Source: an uncultured Oscillospiraceae bacterium (GTDB lineage Bacteria; Bacillota; Clostridia; Oscillospirales; Oscillospiraceae). Taken from it: a stretch of 55,676 nucleotides of DNA. Numbering within the stretch: the stretch's first letter is position 1; each line of letters opens with the position of its first letter. Made by a program: the position numbers and the translations under genes. The notes below the pieces were generated by a model, which saw only the letters and a list, made by a program, of their open reading frames with translations, was not told where the DNA came from and searched no databases. Positions 55,434 to 55,676 of the stretch are shown here, one piece after another. Location of the stretch: the NCBI GenBank assembly GCA_944383205.1, contig CALWOR010000001.1, forward strand, positions 1 through 55,676, in the 5' to 3' direction.

Positions 55434-55671
55434 TTCACAAAAAGTTCATTTTGCGGTCACGATTTTGCCTTATTCTTAGTTTATGATGTCATCGTAGCCA
55501 AGTGAACAAGACATATCTCTATTCTCTCTCTCCTTTACAACACACAGGCAAAAAGCCCCGGTCAGGCAGCCGGGGCTTTTTGTCGCACATAAGGTTCTAT
55601 CGTTTACAAAAAGTTCACGAGAATGTCACGATTTTGCCTTAAATATCTTTTATCATATCCTTGTAGCCAAG
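55434..55671 (+). repeat. Tandem duplication (169-bp period) of a 69-bp promoter/5'-end module
   Basis: 55434-55502 and 55603-55671 align without gaps: TTYACAAAAAGTTCA...GTCACGATTTTGCCTTA...TTTATSAT...GTAGCCAAG. Confidence 0.85.
55494..55581 (+). ncRNA. Candidate ~88-nt small RNA with CU-rich anti-SD tract
   Basis: Starts a few nt after -10 TATGAT; TCTCTATTCTCTCTCTCCTTT; terminator AAAAAGCCCCGG / CCGGGGCTTTTT. Confidence 0.6.
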
Positions 55672-55676
55672 CTACA
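55663..55676 (+). ncRNA. Start of a second paralogous candidate sRNA (truncated by the window end)
   Basis: Same promoter module and same 5' GTAGCCAAG; the rest lies outside the window. Confidence 0.4.

Noticed and set aside
55477-55641. Tiny ORFs over the candidate sRNA (46 aa from GTG 55502 on plus; 12 aa on minus)
   Set aside because: The plus ORF has no RBS and runs through the terminator; the minus ORF's AAAGGAG is about 15 nt from its ATG
55434-55671. Tandem repeat interpreted as a CRISPR array
   Set aside because: Only two degenerate 69-bp copies with a 169-bp period and promoter-like content; no cas genes

Overview
GC-rich chromosomal segment of a spore-forming Clostridia bacterium; gene order and protein style suggest Oscillospiraceae (inference). 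It starts at the end of the ribosomal alpha operon (rpsM'-rpsK-rpsD-rpoA-rplQ). It then carries envelope and transport genes (MacAB-like exporter plus SLH protein, FeoA-FeoB fusion, LCP, MATE, BceAB-like ABC, CDF), sporulation genes with sigF-type promoters (gpr, spoIIQ-like M23, CBS protein), and replication/division genes (dnaD/dnaC-like, lspA, rluD-like, zapA, rlhA-like, dut, maf, mreC, mreD, PBP2, Mrp). It ends with an OmpR-family two-component system plus htrA. I saw no tRNA, rRNA, CRISPR array or transposase. The most notable items are: (1) a three-gene operon encoding a ~1600-aa HD/alpha-solenoid/NadD-like nucleotidyltransferase/GNAT-like/PRTase-like protein, an altered LDH/MDH-fold enzyme and a Cys-rich double flavodoxin; (2) tandem candidate anti-SD small RNAs whose promoters share 11-bp-periodic boxes with the neighbouring response regulator's promoter; (3) a luxE-luxC pair without luciferase; (4) a 169-bp multi-hairpin element flanked by a duplicated -10 box; (5) a decayed XRE switch with twin operators; (6) a second candidate sRNA with a sigK-like promoter and an unannotated 51-aa lipoprotein. 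All calls come from reading motifs by eye; no database searches were run.
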